A stretch of 64,000 nt of DNA from Lophium mytilinum (lineage: Eukaryota): contig MU004186.1 in the NCBI GenBank assembly GCA_010093605.1, forward strand, positions 1,158,616 to 1,222,615, read 5' to 3'. The notes below the pieces were generated by a model. That model saw only the letters and a list, made by a program, of their open reading frames with translations. It was not told where the DNA came from and searched no databases. This document shows positions 24,184 to 36,981 of the stretch, piece by piece; positions within the stretch are counted from its first letter, which is position 1, and the number at the start of each line of letters is the position of its first letter. The position numbers were made by a program, and so were the translations under genes.

Positions 24184-25207
24184 AGTGTTTCCTTCTGCTG
24201 ACGCTTGATGATACTTTAGCCCGTCTGCAGCAGCCCTCTGCAGCGAGTGAGTCTCCACCCTCAGCTGTGGCACAATGGCAGGCTACGGTGGTGGAGATGC
24301 CTGAAGAGTGGGTAAAGCTGTGGCGAAAAGGCAGTGTAGAGCGGTGTCTCTTCTTGCTGATGGAGTGGCGTTTTGGGTGCATATGAATGGCAAGGCTTCT
24401 GGAGACATGGCAGCCTCACTTTGGGGTCCTTTATATACCTTAGCATGCCGAGCTATAGGGCTCTGTGCCTGTGCAATGGCGGCAATAATGAGAAACAGAA
24501 CTACAAATCAGACTATCAGACTTGTCGAGGACTTAGTGCTGTTAATGATATGTGCATTCTGCTATCAACACAGACTCAGGCCTGACACCCAACCCGAATT
24601 CCGCCTCTTATACACTGGTCTGCCGCTGTTTGGGGTGCTTCAATACATCTTTTGAAAGGTGAAATAACTAAAACCTGTTAGCTTTGGGCTATATGAAAAG
24701 TTGTTGAAGTACTCCGAGCAGTGGCAGATAGGTGTGAGCACGACTGCAAAAGACAGATGATGAGTGTGCCACTTTTCTCATGCCCAGCATGCCTGGATGC
24801 TTTTGTGATAGAAAAGCAACTACGTCGAGTACCCTTGGCGTGCACATATTATATGCCCTCTCAGTATATACAGCGTCTGACAACGTTCCTATCACGCAGT
24901 CGATTCTGTAGAAACTTCTCGCTAATTGACCAGAAGTGTCCAGAAAAACGCTTCGTACCCTTGTCCTGTATCTCTTGTTTGCCAGTTACTCTCGTGAACC
25001 AAAGGGCACGAACTGTAGTACGCGGCGTGTACTATGTGTCTGCCCAAAACTCTATCACGCGGTTGGATTCGCAAGTACTTGCAACATTATCTTGCAAAAA
25101 GGGCCCATCGGGCTATGATGATCATCTATATTCTCGCTTCCGATCTATACCATTACAAGCGCCAGATGACTATTATACCCAGAGCCACCTAAAGTATCCC
25201 AAGCCCC

Positions 25208-26188
25208 TCATTTCCCAAACTCAGACGACTTCACCAAGTCACTATACGATATAAACGGGATCCATACACTCGTCCGGGCCCTATAGTCCACATACTGGTC
25301 TCCAAAGAACTCAACAAGATGCTTCTCTTCATCTGTAGCCCAAGTTAGCCCCGATCCTCTCCTTATACCGGCAAAAATGTAGCACTTACGTCGTATGCGC
25401 GTACTGAAGAAATACCACAACACCCCCGCATACCCAACCAAACTGGCCGCATTCCCAAGCACCACCTGTGTCCCCAGCCCCCACCAGAAGAACCCGAAGT
25501 ACGACGGATGCCGGAAGTGCTTATACAGCCCTGTCGTCACCAGCTCGTGGCCCTCGTTGCGCTTGCTCTGCACCTGGTGGTTGAAGTTCGTCCCCGCTTG
25601 CGCCATGGCGACGCTGCGGACGGACTGCCCCACCAGCATCATTACCAGTCCCAACGCAATGACAGCGGGCGGATTTACCCTGGACTGCCAGTCCGGGAAG
25701 AACAGGCTGGTTATGGTCGTCTCGATCAGAGCGACGGTGTGGGCTTGGCGGTAGCGCTTCCCGTTCGTGAAGAGGAACGCGGCGATGGTCGCGGTGGGGG
25801 TGTTGTACTCGGCCGTCGTCCAGAACTCGAGGAAATGGAAGACACATAGTGCGGCGACGAAGAAGGGCGCACGCCAGAGGTGCTGCTTGTAGTAGAGGAG
25901 AAGGGCCGTGGCACAGATGCTCAAGCCCAGGACGCTGCCGAGGAGGAAGGCGCGCAGGGCGATGCCGGAGAGCGAGCGCTTGCCTGAGGGGTACAGGTCT
26001 TTGGAGACTAGGGCGGGGGTGTTTTGCTGGATTGTGGAGGCTTCGCGCGCGCGCAGGGCGGCGTCGAGGCGGGGGGTCCAGGGGCCTGAGTCTGGGGGAC
26101 GGTTCACGGGCCAGGAGATGCCGGGGCGAGGGGAAGAGGGGGATGGGGGTTCTTTGAGGGTTTCCTCGCGTTTGGAGGGGCTCGCCAT
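25208..26188 (-). CDS. STE14: Isoprenylcysteine carboxyl methyltransferase
   Basis: Motifs FHFLEFWTTA, AGTNFNHQV, LVTTGLYKHFRHPSYFGFFWW and EE..LVEFFGDQYVDYR. One 57-nt intron at 25389-25333. Confidence 0.95.
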   Translation of the reverse strand: MASPSKREETLKEPPSPSSPRPGISWPVNRPPDSGPWTPRLDAALRAREASTIQQNTPALVSKDLYPSGKRSLSGIALRAFLLGSVLGLSICATALLLYYKQHLWRAPFFVAALCVFHFLEFWTTAEYNTPTATIAAFLFTNGKRYRQAHTVALIETTITSLFFPDWQSRVNPPAVIALGLVMMLVGQSVRSVAMAQAGTNFNHQVQSKRNEGHELVTTGLYKHFRHPSYFGFFWWGLGTQVVLGNAASLVGYAGVLWYFFSTRIRRKCYIFAGIRRGSGLTWATDEEKHLVEFFGDQYVDYRARTSVWIPFISYSDLVKSSEFGK

Positions 26189-26543
26189 AGTGGTGAGGGG
26201 TGGAATCAGCGATTGAAGAGGAATTAGTATATATGAGATCAATCCCGGTTTCAGCGAATGTAGTAGATTGACGATCGAGAGAAGGGAACCGAAACACGCA
26301 TGGTCGGGAGTAAAGAGAAGAAAGAGAGGCCGCAGTACCTCTCCTATAAGCTAGCTGGAGCACAATATCAAGGTCGCGTGTTGTCTCTTTGTGGTGGAAC
26401 AGAATGCAGCGTCGTCGGAGGTCTTGGGGTTCTGCCACCGCTTTCATTCCGTACGGGATATCACGTGGTGATTACGAGGTCCATCCCACTTTCCTCTTTT
26501 ATAGTTTCTTGTAATCCAAGAAGAAACAGAGGGGGACATCAAG

Positions 26544-27340
26544 ATGGCCATGTCAGAAAACAAGCAGAAGATGCTCCGCGGGGAGCTCTACCACGCCTTC
26601 ACCGACGAACTCGTCGCCGAGCGCAGCCGCACGAAACATGCCTACACGCGTTACAACAACGCTAGTGATATTACGAGACGTGAACTGACTGTATTGTGGC
26701 GGGAGTAAGTAAGTCTCCAATCGCTATTACAGTTACCTGTCGTTTCTATCCATTGCTACTGATCTGACCCATGCACAGTGTTACACAAGACAAAACCCCA
26801 TTACCACCTCCGGCGTCAACGACAGCAGAGGACGATAAGCTATTCGAAAACGACCCTTGGATCGAGCCACCTGTCCGAATGGACTACGGATACAACGTCA
26901 TTCTCGGAGACAACGTGTTCGTCAATTGGAACTCCATCTTCGCTAACACGTGCCCTGTTACTATCGGCAGCCGTACACTCTGCGGGCCTAATTGCTCTTT
27001 CTATAGCGGCTACCATCCCCTCGATCCCGTGGTTCGCAACGGAACGCAGGGCCCGGAGCTGGGCAAGCCGATTACCATTGGTGAGGATTGCTGGCTGGGC
27101 GGCGGTGTGACTATCTTGCCCGGGGTGACTATTGGAAGGGGGTGCACGATAGGTGCGGCGAGTGTTGTGACGAAGGATGTGCCTGACTTCTGTGTCGTAG
27201 CAGGAAATCCGGCGAGGGTGCTTAGGAAAATCGAAACCAGTATGGATCCTACTCAGAAAGAGGTTGAGGGATCGAAGGATCAGGTACAGGGTGCGGAGAA
27301 GCCAATGGCCGAGATGGCGGAGAAGGCTGCAGCTGTGTAG
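26544..27340 (+). CDS. Maltose/galactoside O-acetyltransferase (Mac domain + hexapeptide repeats)
   Basis: Exon 26544-26704 (ENKQKMLRGELY), intron 26705-26778, then DYGYNV, HPLDP..RNG and IGEDCWLGGGVTILPGVTIGRGCTIGAASVVTKDVP..VAGNPAR. Confidence 0.93.
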
Positions 27341-27713
27341 AAGGGCGGATGTTATATGCAAGAAGACTCGTGCGTATACATGTCATTTCGTTCTTGCATG
27401 CTGGACATGACTCCATGGAGTCGTGAGGCAATGGCGAGCATACAGAAGAAATCAAGGTTCAGTTGCCGATACTCATATCTTTTAAGGGACGTAACAGTGC
27501 ATTGAAACCTCTCGAATGAGGCAAGCATGTATTGAGTACAGAGAGTAAAGAATCGAGAAGGGGGAGATTCGACTAGCAACACGACAAGAACGTTGCTCAC
27601 GTTACAGAGTAATATCAGCCCTCCGCTACCACAGCCAGGTAATGTGTCTTGCGATTCTTTTGAAAGAAGATTGGCTACTGAAGGTCACTATGATAGAGCG
27701 ATACCGTCCGAGC

Positions 27714-30700
27714 TCATTGTGCAGTCGTTGTTGCGAACTTCCACTCGTGGGGCTGATCAGCTGTTGGAAATTCTGGAATGCATCTGGTAGCACCCTGTCG
27801 CCCTTCATTCTCCCACATTTTCAACTTCCGCAACCACAGTGCGTCGGGGTTACGGCTTTCCAGGGCCCTCCGAACGTCCTCCTGCTCGTCCACCAACGGG
27901 TCTAACATGGCAAATATGTCGTCAAAGACATCCTCGCCGACCGCCACATTGTCCACGACGATGACCAGTAGTTTGACTAAACTCTCCCAAATCAACCTTG
28001 ACGGAGCATCGACGTAATACTCTGGTCGCGATTGAAGTTTCGAGCTGTGCTCTGATACGACGATCTCGCGACTGTTGAGACTTCGCTGAGATGGACCCAG
28101 AGATACAATATCTCCTCTCCCGTGGGAGGGTTTCCGTACGCTTTGTATGGTTCGGCGGTATATCGTCCTTATCTCCTCCCAAGTCCCGTCGATTCGAGTC
28201 CTCATAAAGTCACCCGCGTGAACACACATCAAGGCTATAACATCTAGAGCACTAGCGACAACGTACGCCTCTGGATCGTCTAACCGCGGAAGAAGGACCG
28301 GCCAAAGAGTGTTGATCAGAGGTAGGAAGGAATTTTCATGTGCCGATAGCGCCGGGAAAGTGGTATTGAGCAGCGACAACAGAGACGTTCGAAGCGAAGG
28401 AGAGGATGATGTCAAGTAGTGTTGAGTCAGTTGCGATATCTTTAAGAGGAGGTTGAAAGTTTTAGGCGCAGGAGGCAGTGGCTCCGGATTTTCGGCCGGT
28501 GGCTCGTCCTCAGGCTCCTTTTGTTGCGGCTCTTCTCCTTCTCCGTCACCTGAAGCTTCTTTCCATGGCCTTTGCGGAAAGGCTTCTTCAAATCGTTCAG
28601 ATCTATCTTTATCGGTTCTTGCAGCATCCTCCTTCATATTCCTCAGGATTCCGGCTACGTCTGGTAGAGTAATCGGGCTCCACGCCATTCTCTGATGCGA
28701 TGCCTTTTGGTCCATTGTGATGGCAAGCATTGGGCTTTTGACCCCTTCTTCAGCAATGCCCTTCAGGACCGCGAACAGTAGCTCTACCAGATTTGGGTAA
28801 CCATGGAAGTATTCCAGAGCAGAAAACATGCTCTCGACAAGGTCATCTAAATATGGCAGCAGAGACGGCCCTGATAATCGTATCATCATAAGTAGTACTT
28901 GCGGAGCTTGAGGGGATATATCGAAGTTGTTTAGCTTGAGCGCTATTGCATTGACTAGGTAGTCTGAATTTGAGACAATGAGATCGCTAGTGTGCTCGTA
29001 GCCGCAGGAATCGGAGATGATGTTGAGGCACGTGATTGCATGATTGCGCAGAGCTAAGTTTGAGCTGCCAATGTGATGGATCACAGGGTAGAGGGAATCC
29101 ACAAGCTCGATTCTAAAATTATCTTCATGTTGATCTGCTTGTAGCGCAATGGTCTCGAGAGCTAGTGCTTGGAAGCGCCAGTCGAGTTCCACATCACCGT
29201 CTGGCTCTGCTAAAAGGGATAGAGAGAACGAATAGAGTTCCTGGAGTAACTCTGTCCTCATGTCTCTGCTGGAGGGCCCAAGGTCAAGGAAGTCCTCAAT
29301 GCCAGGATTGAGGCTGCTGTCGGACCTCAAGAGATTCAATGACAACCAGAAACTGGCGAGCTGCATTTCTCCGTGTTCAAACCGGATGGAATCGACAAGC
29401 TCTTTAGCGATTGTAAGGGATGAATCAGACGTCGCGAGTTGGTCTATGAACGACGTAAGCTCCCCCGTGGTATCCTGTCTCCCTTTGAAGCCCATAATCA
29501 GAGGCTGGAAAGTACTCGACCGGGAACCTTCCAACCAGCTTTTAGAGACGGTGATTGAATCTGTAGGATTTGAAGAGATGATAGAGCCTACGCCTTTAGC
29601 CTCCTTGATCAACGCCGAGACGCTGTCTCGAAGGTTCGACGCCATGACGCGGTCAACAATAGTAAGGTCAATTCCCTGCTGGTTCAGAATCCGTAGTGAT
29701 ATTGAGATCTGCTGGATGATTTTCTGCTTGGTTGTGTCGTCGGACGATTGCATGAGGCGCGGGAGAGCCATCACCCAAGCGTGGAGGCTTGATCTTAGCA
29801 ATTCCGCTAATCTTGAGTCTTCCAGCAACATCAAGTTCAAGTCCATCTCAATGCCGTCTTGTTCATCTTTGGCTGCCAGCGAAACCATGGTTTCGACTAT
29901 CATATTAGTGCAATCGGAGAGCGAACTTCGACAATCTTGAATAATCCTCTTGCATAATCGAAGAAGTGCTTTACGGACCTCAATCCGCTCATGCTGGCGT
30001 AGTTTGACCATGTTCGCTAAAGCAAGTTTGAGCTGCCCCGAGGTGGCTTTCAACCATGATCTGCTACGCTGGGAGGTAGTTGGCTCTCCCGAGGAGGACG
30101 TGGACGGTACATCCGGAAGGTTTTTAGTCTGCTCGTCACTGATGACGGCCAGGAACAGGGCACTGAAAAGGTCTAATCCTCCCTCGATCAAACGAAAAGG
30201 TGTTCGAGAAGTGGAAGTATATGTCAAGATCTTCGTTACGAGTGCAGAGACAATTCCTGGCATGAAACTAGCAAGAGCATCTCGATCTTCAATGGTAAGA
30301 CATGCCGTCTTCAGCGCAGTCAGAGCCGCTAGTCGTATTTGAGTAGAGGCGCCATCAGTTATGCCCTGTAAGAGGACTGTGATGGTCTGGCCAAGGGCGG
30401 GAACGTTCGCTGTGGTGGTGAGAGACTTCTTTCCTTCCTGTGTCGAGGAAAATGAAGCGAAGAGCGCGGACAAGCATTGAAACGCGGTTGCTTGCAGCTC
30501 CTCGGATGACTTCTTGATCGTCCTTCCCGCAGACCCTGGGTCAGCTAAGAAGGTTGAGAGAATCAGAAGCTGTCCTCCTAAGCTCGAGCCAATGTGAGAT
30601 CGCCAGCCCGTGTTTAATAGAATGGCGAGACATTCTAGAGAGAGCTCCAGGGCACGCAGAGGCACCTTCTGAGATACCTTGAGGACATGAGATACAGGGA

Positions 30701-30946
30701 AAAAGACGTAGTCCGCAAGCCGTTCATCTAAAGCGCCTGGAGTGGATGTAACTTCTTTGAGAACTTTAAGTAATTGATTCAGGCCATCGATGACCTCTCC
30801 ACTGTTGCCAGACCCCCCGGCGAAGCTCAGAGCAGCCTGGCTCAGTCTTATACATGGAGATTTCAACTATTGGGAGTTAGATAGGTTGATCAACAGAAGT
30901 AAAAGGGTCGACGAACGGTCTGAAAGACTTGATTTCTACGCTCCAT
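27714..30946 (-). CDS. TTI1: TEL2-interacting protein 1 (HEAT-repeat TTT complex subunit)
   Basis: A 30-nt first exon (MERRNQVFQT) and intron 30916-30867, then a 1050-codon helical-repeat ORF with LADYVFFP, ASFMPGIVSAL, NSDYLVN and FLPLINTLWP. Confidence 0.88.
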
Positions 30947-31109
30947 CTCCGACTTTCTGGCTGCGGCATGGGCGACGCTGTATTTCTAAGTACATTTGTC
31001 TATTCCAGAAGGGTGTGTTTGCAGAGCAAAAGGCGTTTTAGATGAGACCTGATGCCTGTCGTTGTAGTGAATGAGGTTGAAGGGCGGGCTGGTCGGCCAC
31101 TATGCTTAG

Positions 31110-31245
31110 GCTGCGTCGCGCGTCTTTTATTCTAAAGCTACACGCGTGTGTACAAACCTCCTCGCACCACTCTCCGCCTCACCATCTCCCCACCCTCATC
31201 TCGACCAATTTCCCTTTCATTGATTCGCACTCTCGACGCGACTGA
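31110..31245. promoter_or_regulatory. MCB (MluI cell-cycle box) cluster in the TTI1/PDS5 bidirectional promoter
   Basis: CGCGCGTC at ~31117, ACGCGT at 31142-31147 and GACGCGA at ~31235, within the ~380 bp between divergent ATGs. Confidence 0.55.
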
Positions 31246-31329
31246 TCGGCCTCATTTTCATACACTTTTCTGGCGCAAGCTGCCAATTGTCGGGCGCCCG
31301 CATTACCGACTGCCGTACCACCACGCGAC

Positions 31330-34300
31330 ATGGCCACCCGGAGCAGGCGCAGCGCCGCGACAGAAGTCATGGAAGAAGAGGAGGAAGAAGAGGGCGGCCT
31401 AGTGAAGCTGCAGTTCAATGACAGCCTCGTCGGCCGGCCTGGGAAGCCCATATCTGTTGGCGACCTCTTGCGCCGCCTGCAAGAGCTATCTCAGGAGCTG
31501 CGGGGCATGGAGCAAGAGGAGGCCGAAAGGGACTCCTTGTTATCAGTCGCAAAGGAACTGGCGCATCATAATCTTGTGCTTCACAAGGACGGAGGAGTAC
31601 GCGCGTGGACAGCGTGCTGCATTGTGGATATGTTCAGACTATGCGCCCCAGACGCGCCGTATACGGCGTCACAGCTCAAGGTGGAAGAGACCAGATCCTG
31701 CAAGCTCGATAGCCAGAGACTGACTGAATGTTAGGACATCTTTACTCTGATCATCGCAAAGATATTCCCAGCGCTGGCCGACCCTTCGAATGCCTACAAC
31801 GGCCAACACCTATACGTCCTCAAATCCCTCGCTGAAGTCAAGAGCATCGTCCTCCTTACCGATATCCCGTCGTCGAACAATCTTGCATTACATCTCTTCA
31901 CAATCTGCTTCGACGTCCTCTCCGGTCCCTCGAAAGCAGACTCCGGCGAGGAGCTCAGCAAAAATGTAGAGCACCATATGACGGCGTTACTAGGGGCTCT
32001 CGTGGACGAATCGCAAGGCCTACCTCCTGAGGTTGTGGATGTGATACTGGCGCAATTCCTGCGCGCTGACCCAAGAGTCATGACGAGTGCCGGGATCAAA
32101 GGCAAAAAGCATGTGCAGGTTGATGAAAAGCAGATGACTCTTCTCTTGAAGGAGGCTCCTCCAGCGTACAACATGGCTAAGAACGTCTGCAATGCCTACC
32201 CTGATAAGATGGCTCGTCTTGTAGGGCAATACTTCAGCTCTGTGATTGTTGATGCGTCCACGGCCATCTCTTCAATTCCAAAAGTTCGATCGCGTAAGCG
32301 CGCCAGCAGCGACCTAGACGACTCAGAAGACGAAGGGCCAACGGGACCTTCTGAAGAGGATTTGAAGGAGGCAAAGAAGGCGCACAACCTGCTACGAGAG
32401 CTGTGGAGGTGTTCGCCAGATGTTTTGCAAGACATCATACCTAACCTTCAAGAAGAGCTCAGCGCAGAAAATCTACAACTACGCCTACTTGCCACAGAAA
32501 CCTTTGGAGACATGATAGCCGGTATTGGAGCTGCCGGTCCTCCACCATCGCCTGTCCTGGACCCCGCCGCCTTTCCTTCACAAAGTCTTGCGTCTGCATC
32601 TGATACTTTCCGCGTGTACAATTTCCTCACCACGCCAACTTCGCCTCATTCATTTCCATCTCGGTATACGCAGCCGTATCAGGCTTTCATCCAGAGGAAA
32701 CAGGATAAATCCCCCGTAATCCGTGCGGCCTGGGCTACGAGCATCGGCCGAATCCTAATGACGTCTGCTGGCGGGGCTGGCTTGGATCAAGAGGAGGAAC
32801 AAAAGCTGTTGAGGTATTTCTCACAATCGCTGATAGACAGCGACGAACGTGTTCGCCTTGCTGCGATCAATGCAATTGACCAATTTCAATTCCGAGATAT
32901 TGTGGAGAAACTTGGAAGCAACGGCATAATGTCCGAGCCGGGCTCAATTCTTTCCAATCTTGCCGACCGAGTCAAGGACAAGAAGCCCAGTGTACGAAAT
33001 GACTCCATGAAACTTATCGGCAAAATCTGGGGAGTGGCCGCCGGTGCCATGCTTGAAGGAAACGAGAGAGTATTAGCACTTCTCCAACCGGTTCCTTCAA
33101 GAATCCTCGAGACCTGCTATATCAATGACAAGGAAATCAACGTTCTCGTGGACCATGTCTTGTACGAATCTTTGCTGCCATTGGCCTTCCCACCCATTAA
33201 GGCGAAAGCCTCAACCAATGGAAATTCGCAGGCCACTAAGGACAGTCAAAAGAACGGTTACACTGAAGCCGAAATCGATAAGATCCGGACGGAACGACAG
33301 CTGCTTCTAGTAAAAGGTTTAGACGAAAGGGCGAAGAAAGTCTATTTTGCCAAACAAGGGAGCCAAGCCGCTGGCGTGAAATTTATGGAAACTTTTCTGG
33401 GCAAATGCGAGGAATACAACGGGGGCGTCATGGACAGTAACGAGAAAGAGATCAAGCAGCAACTGAATGGTCTCATATCCTACTACTCAGGGACCTTCGC
33501 GGACTCGCACCGAGCCCAGGAAGATCTCTGGAAATTTGTCAAGGCCCATGACCGGCGGAACTATCAGTTAATCAGATTTTGCATGGCACCGGATAGCGAT
33601 TATAGGAAGGTGCACAAATCAATCGTAAGTTGGACGTCTGTAGAAGCGAAACACGTCACTAACGTCATTTCAGAAAGAACTGAGGAAGAGGATAGAGGAT
33701 GCTCCAGGCTCATCAACTCTACTAGAGACCCTACAGGTACTCCTGTATCGAGTGAGCATACTTGCTTATAACCGAAGCCACGTACCTGCTATCATCCAGT
33801 ACTCACGCACAAACGAGAATGGGTTCGCATCAGCAGCCCATGAAATACTGAAGGAAATCTCTATCAAACATCCGGATGTCTTCAAAGCTCACGTACAGGA
33901 ACTATGCAAAGTCTTAGAAAGTGGAGCACCAACGGCTAAAAAGCCAAATGGCGTCAATGCGGTCGACGACCTCAAAGCTTGCTCTGGCTTCGCCCAAAAG
34001 TTCCCCGCGGAGCTGCCAAAAGACAGAAAATTCGTACAAAGCATGATCAGCTTCGCTCTTTACGGATCGCCTCCCAAGGCCGCAAAGCACGCGGTAACGA
34101 TTCTGATGAGCAGTGCAGATAAGAAGGAAATGCACGCGAAGGACCTCATCAGCAAATGCACTAAAGGTTTCGAATACGGCTCGGGTCACTATTTGACACG
34201 ACTTGCAGCCTTGAGCCAAATTATGCTGCTTGGTCCCAAAGATGAGGAAGATGTTGACGAGGTAACCGAAATCGCTATCTCGAATGTACTGCAAAGGGAA

Positions 34301-35902
34301 CCCCCGAAAACCACTGCTGGAGAGCCAGACTGGATGGACACTCCCGATGACGACCTGACCGCCAAAATATGGGCTTTGAAAATCCTAGTCAATCGACTCC
34401 GCTCCATCCCCGCGGACGCCCCAATCGCCGAGGCCGCCACTACGGTGTACAAGTTCTTGATGAAGCTAGTGACTAAAGAAGGCGAGCTTTCGGAGACTGG
34501 TGACTCCTCTGCTCCTCACAAGGCTCGCCTCCGACTTGTAGCAGCACAATTTCTGTTAAAACTCTCGTGCACTCGTCGATTGGATAATTTGCTCAATCCT
34601 ACCTCATTCTACTCTCTTGCTACCGTAGCTCAGGATCCCCACACCCCTGTGCGTACCGGATTCATCAACAAGCTGATGAAGTATCTTGGCCAAAGTCGTC
34701 TTTCCAGTCGGTTCTTCTCTATCATGTTTCTTCTCGCGTATGAGCCCGAACTGAGTCTAAAAGAGAGTGCGATAACGTTCGTTCGCTCCCAGCGTGCTCG
34801 CATGGCCGCGCGCAAGGAAACGACACTAGAGCAGGTCTTTGCGCGGCTTGTTAGCTTGTTAGCGCATCATCCTGACTTTGACACGGACCCAGAGAGCCTC
34901 CAGGATTCCGTACAGTACATCCTTCTCTATCTCAAATGTGTCGCTACCTCTGAAAACCTCTCTCTTATCTATCATGTGGCGCAGCGCGTCAAGGGTGTCG
35001 CTGATGGCATCTCGAACAATGTCGAGGCGGATGAGAGACTCTACATGCTCAGCGACCTGTCACAAGCAGTCATCAGACTATGGGAGGAGCTGAACGGATG
35101 GAGTATGCAGGCATGGCCGGGAAAGCTGAAGCTTCCGGCTGGCATTTTCAAAGCTTTAGAGAGTCATGAACGGGCGCAGGAAATAGCCAACAAGAACTGG
35201 GTGGACGAAGAGGTGACAGACGGTCTCGAGGCCATTGTCCGGAACAGCCTGCGAGGCAAGAAACGGAAGAGTCTTGCGGACCACAATGCGAACTTTAAAA
35301 AGAAGCTGAAGACGCCGGCCAACCCCAAACCTAAGCCGAAGGCTCCTAAATCTGTGCGCACCCCAAAGAAAAAGTCGAGGAGGAACGATGACAGCGATGT
35401 AGAAGGCGATGCTGAGCCGTCTAGCGAGATTACACGTCGCAGTGTCCGCAAATCGACAACGAAGAGCTATGTCGAACTAAGCGATGACGAGGATGAGGAA
35501 CCAATGCAGCAACCGCAAAATGCTGAGGAGGAAGACCAGGAGTCGGCCGAGGACACCGATGCCGATGGTGGAAAAGATGACAATGGCCATGCGAGAGATG
35601 TCAATATGGACGATGCCGATGCCGAACCAGGTGCGGAGGAGCCCGGTTCCGAAGATGAACTATACGCAGACCCCAAGCCAATAGAACAGAAAGAAACACG
35701 AACGAGAGGTGGTAAGAGATCAAATGGAGTGTCCCTACCATCTAGATCGAAAAAGCTTTCCTCGCCTGCTGTTAATGGGAAGGCCAAGCAGAAGCCGAAA
35801 GCTAACGGCAAGGCTCTTGCTAAAAAGCCGAACGGTCGGGCAACGAGAGCTACCGCAAAAACGGTCATTCCAGCCTCTGACGATGATGATCTATCCGATT
35901 AA
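31330..35902 (+). CDS. PDS5: Sister chromatid cohesion protein Pds5 (BimD/Spo76)
   Basis: Exons 31330-31680, 31735-33624 and 33674-35902. Motifs HKDGGVRAWTACCIVDMFRLCAPDAPYT, YVLKSLAEVKSIVL and RLVSLLAHHPDF, plus an acidic/basic tail. Confidence 0.96.
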
Positions 35903-36981
35903 GCTCAATTTGATCCACCATGACTACCAACGCCAAGGCCTTCTGGTCATCGGGTAGCGAGCTGTGTTTAGGGATGTAAAGAGTTCGTGGGGGCGTTGGA
36001 AAGGACTAGATCTCAACATCGGCGACCAACGAATAACGATCACCTACCAAGTCCTGCGTTTATGCCATGTCTTCCCCTTTTTGTTTGCACCTTTCCTTTT
36101 ATGATGAGGCTCAAGGGAGGCTAGGCAATGCATAGCGTCTGTCCGTCATCTCTTCGTTACTGATGGGTACTTCGCATGGCCGGCGTTTTGTTTTCTTTAC
36201 TGCCACAAAACAGTGCTTGCTTTAGCGTGGAGCGGGTGACACATGCCTGGCGTTCAGGGGGCATTTTTCTTTTGTCGTTGTTCCTTGATTTGGCTTGTCA
36301 TATTTGGCGCGCCTGGAGAAGGATAAAGGTCCACGAGATTTACGGTAGGATACTTCCCACAGTCTGCAAATACCAGATAGCTGAGATATGACAACCATCT
36401 GATTCCAAGAACGGATGGCCTCTTTGCATGTGTGAAGTGCGTTCTGATCGACGTATGCATGTACAGCGCATTTATCATAGTTAGGATCATAACTCAATTG
36501 ACTACCGCTTAGAGTTACAGGCGCGAGAGAGGCACTTAGTGGGTAATGATCTTTTGATCATTATCAGGGAAAGCTATATGCATTTGCAGGTTCCGTGCTA
36601 GCGGTCCACGCTTGGCAGAAAAGAAGTGGCACACTCAAGCAAATTCAACAGGTGTACGAAAGCCAGATTAGGGTGCCACCTTTTTCATGCCCCGCGTGAG
36701 GTCGAAGGATTTGTAAGTGCTAGGCTTCTTTGGGGTAGTTGTACCCTGGTCATCGTGCCCTCTTGACATTGGATGGAAACATCCGAAGCCTCCTTTGCTT
36801 CGCAACGTGCTCGCGCCGAATATTTCACCGTCATGCCGCCGTCCCAATTACCTTGTGGAGTATATGGATCTGCAATCTGCTTGCGGGGGCACATAGAAAA
36901 AGGCGGGCTTCCTCGTTGACACGCGCCAGGATGCGTTTCTCTCCTTGATCAGTACCACAGTACTGTTTACCGCTTTCGCTC

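Noticed and set aside
25521..26447. 308-aa alternative-frame ORF over STE14, and similar shadow ORFs elsewhere
   Set aside because: Pro/Arg-rich artefacts of GC-rich codon usage in the real genes.
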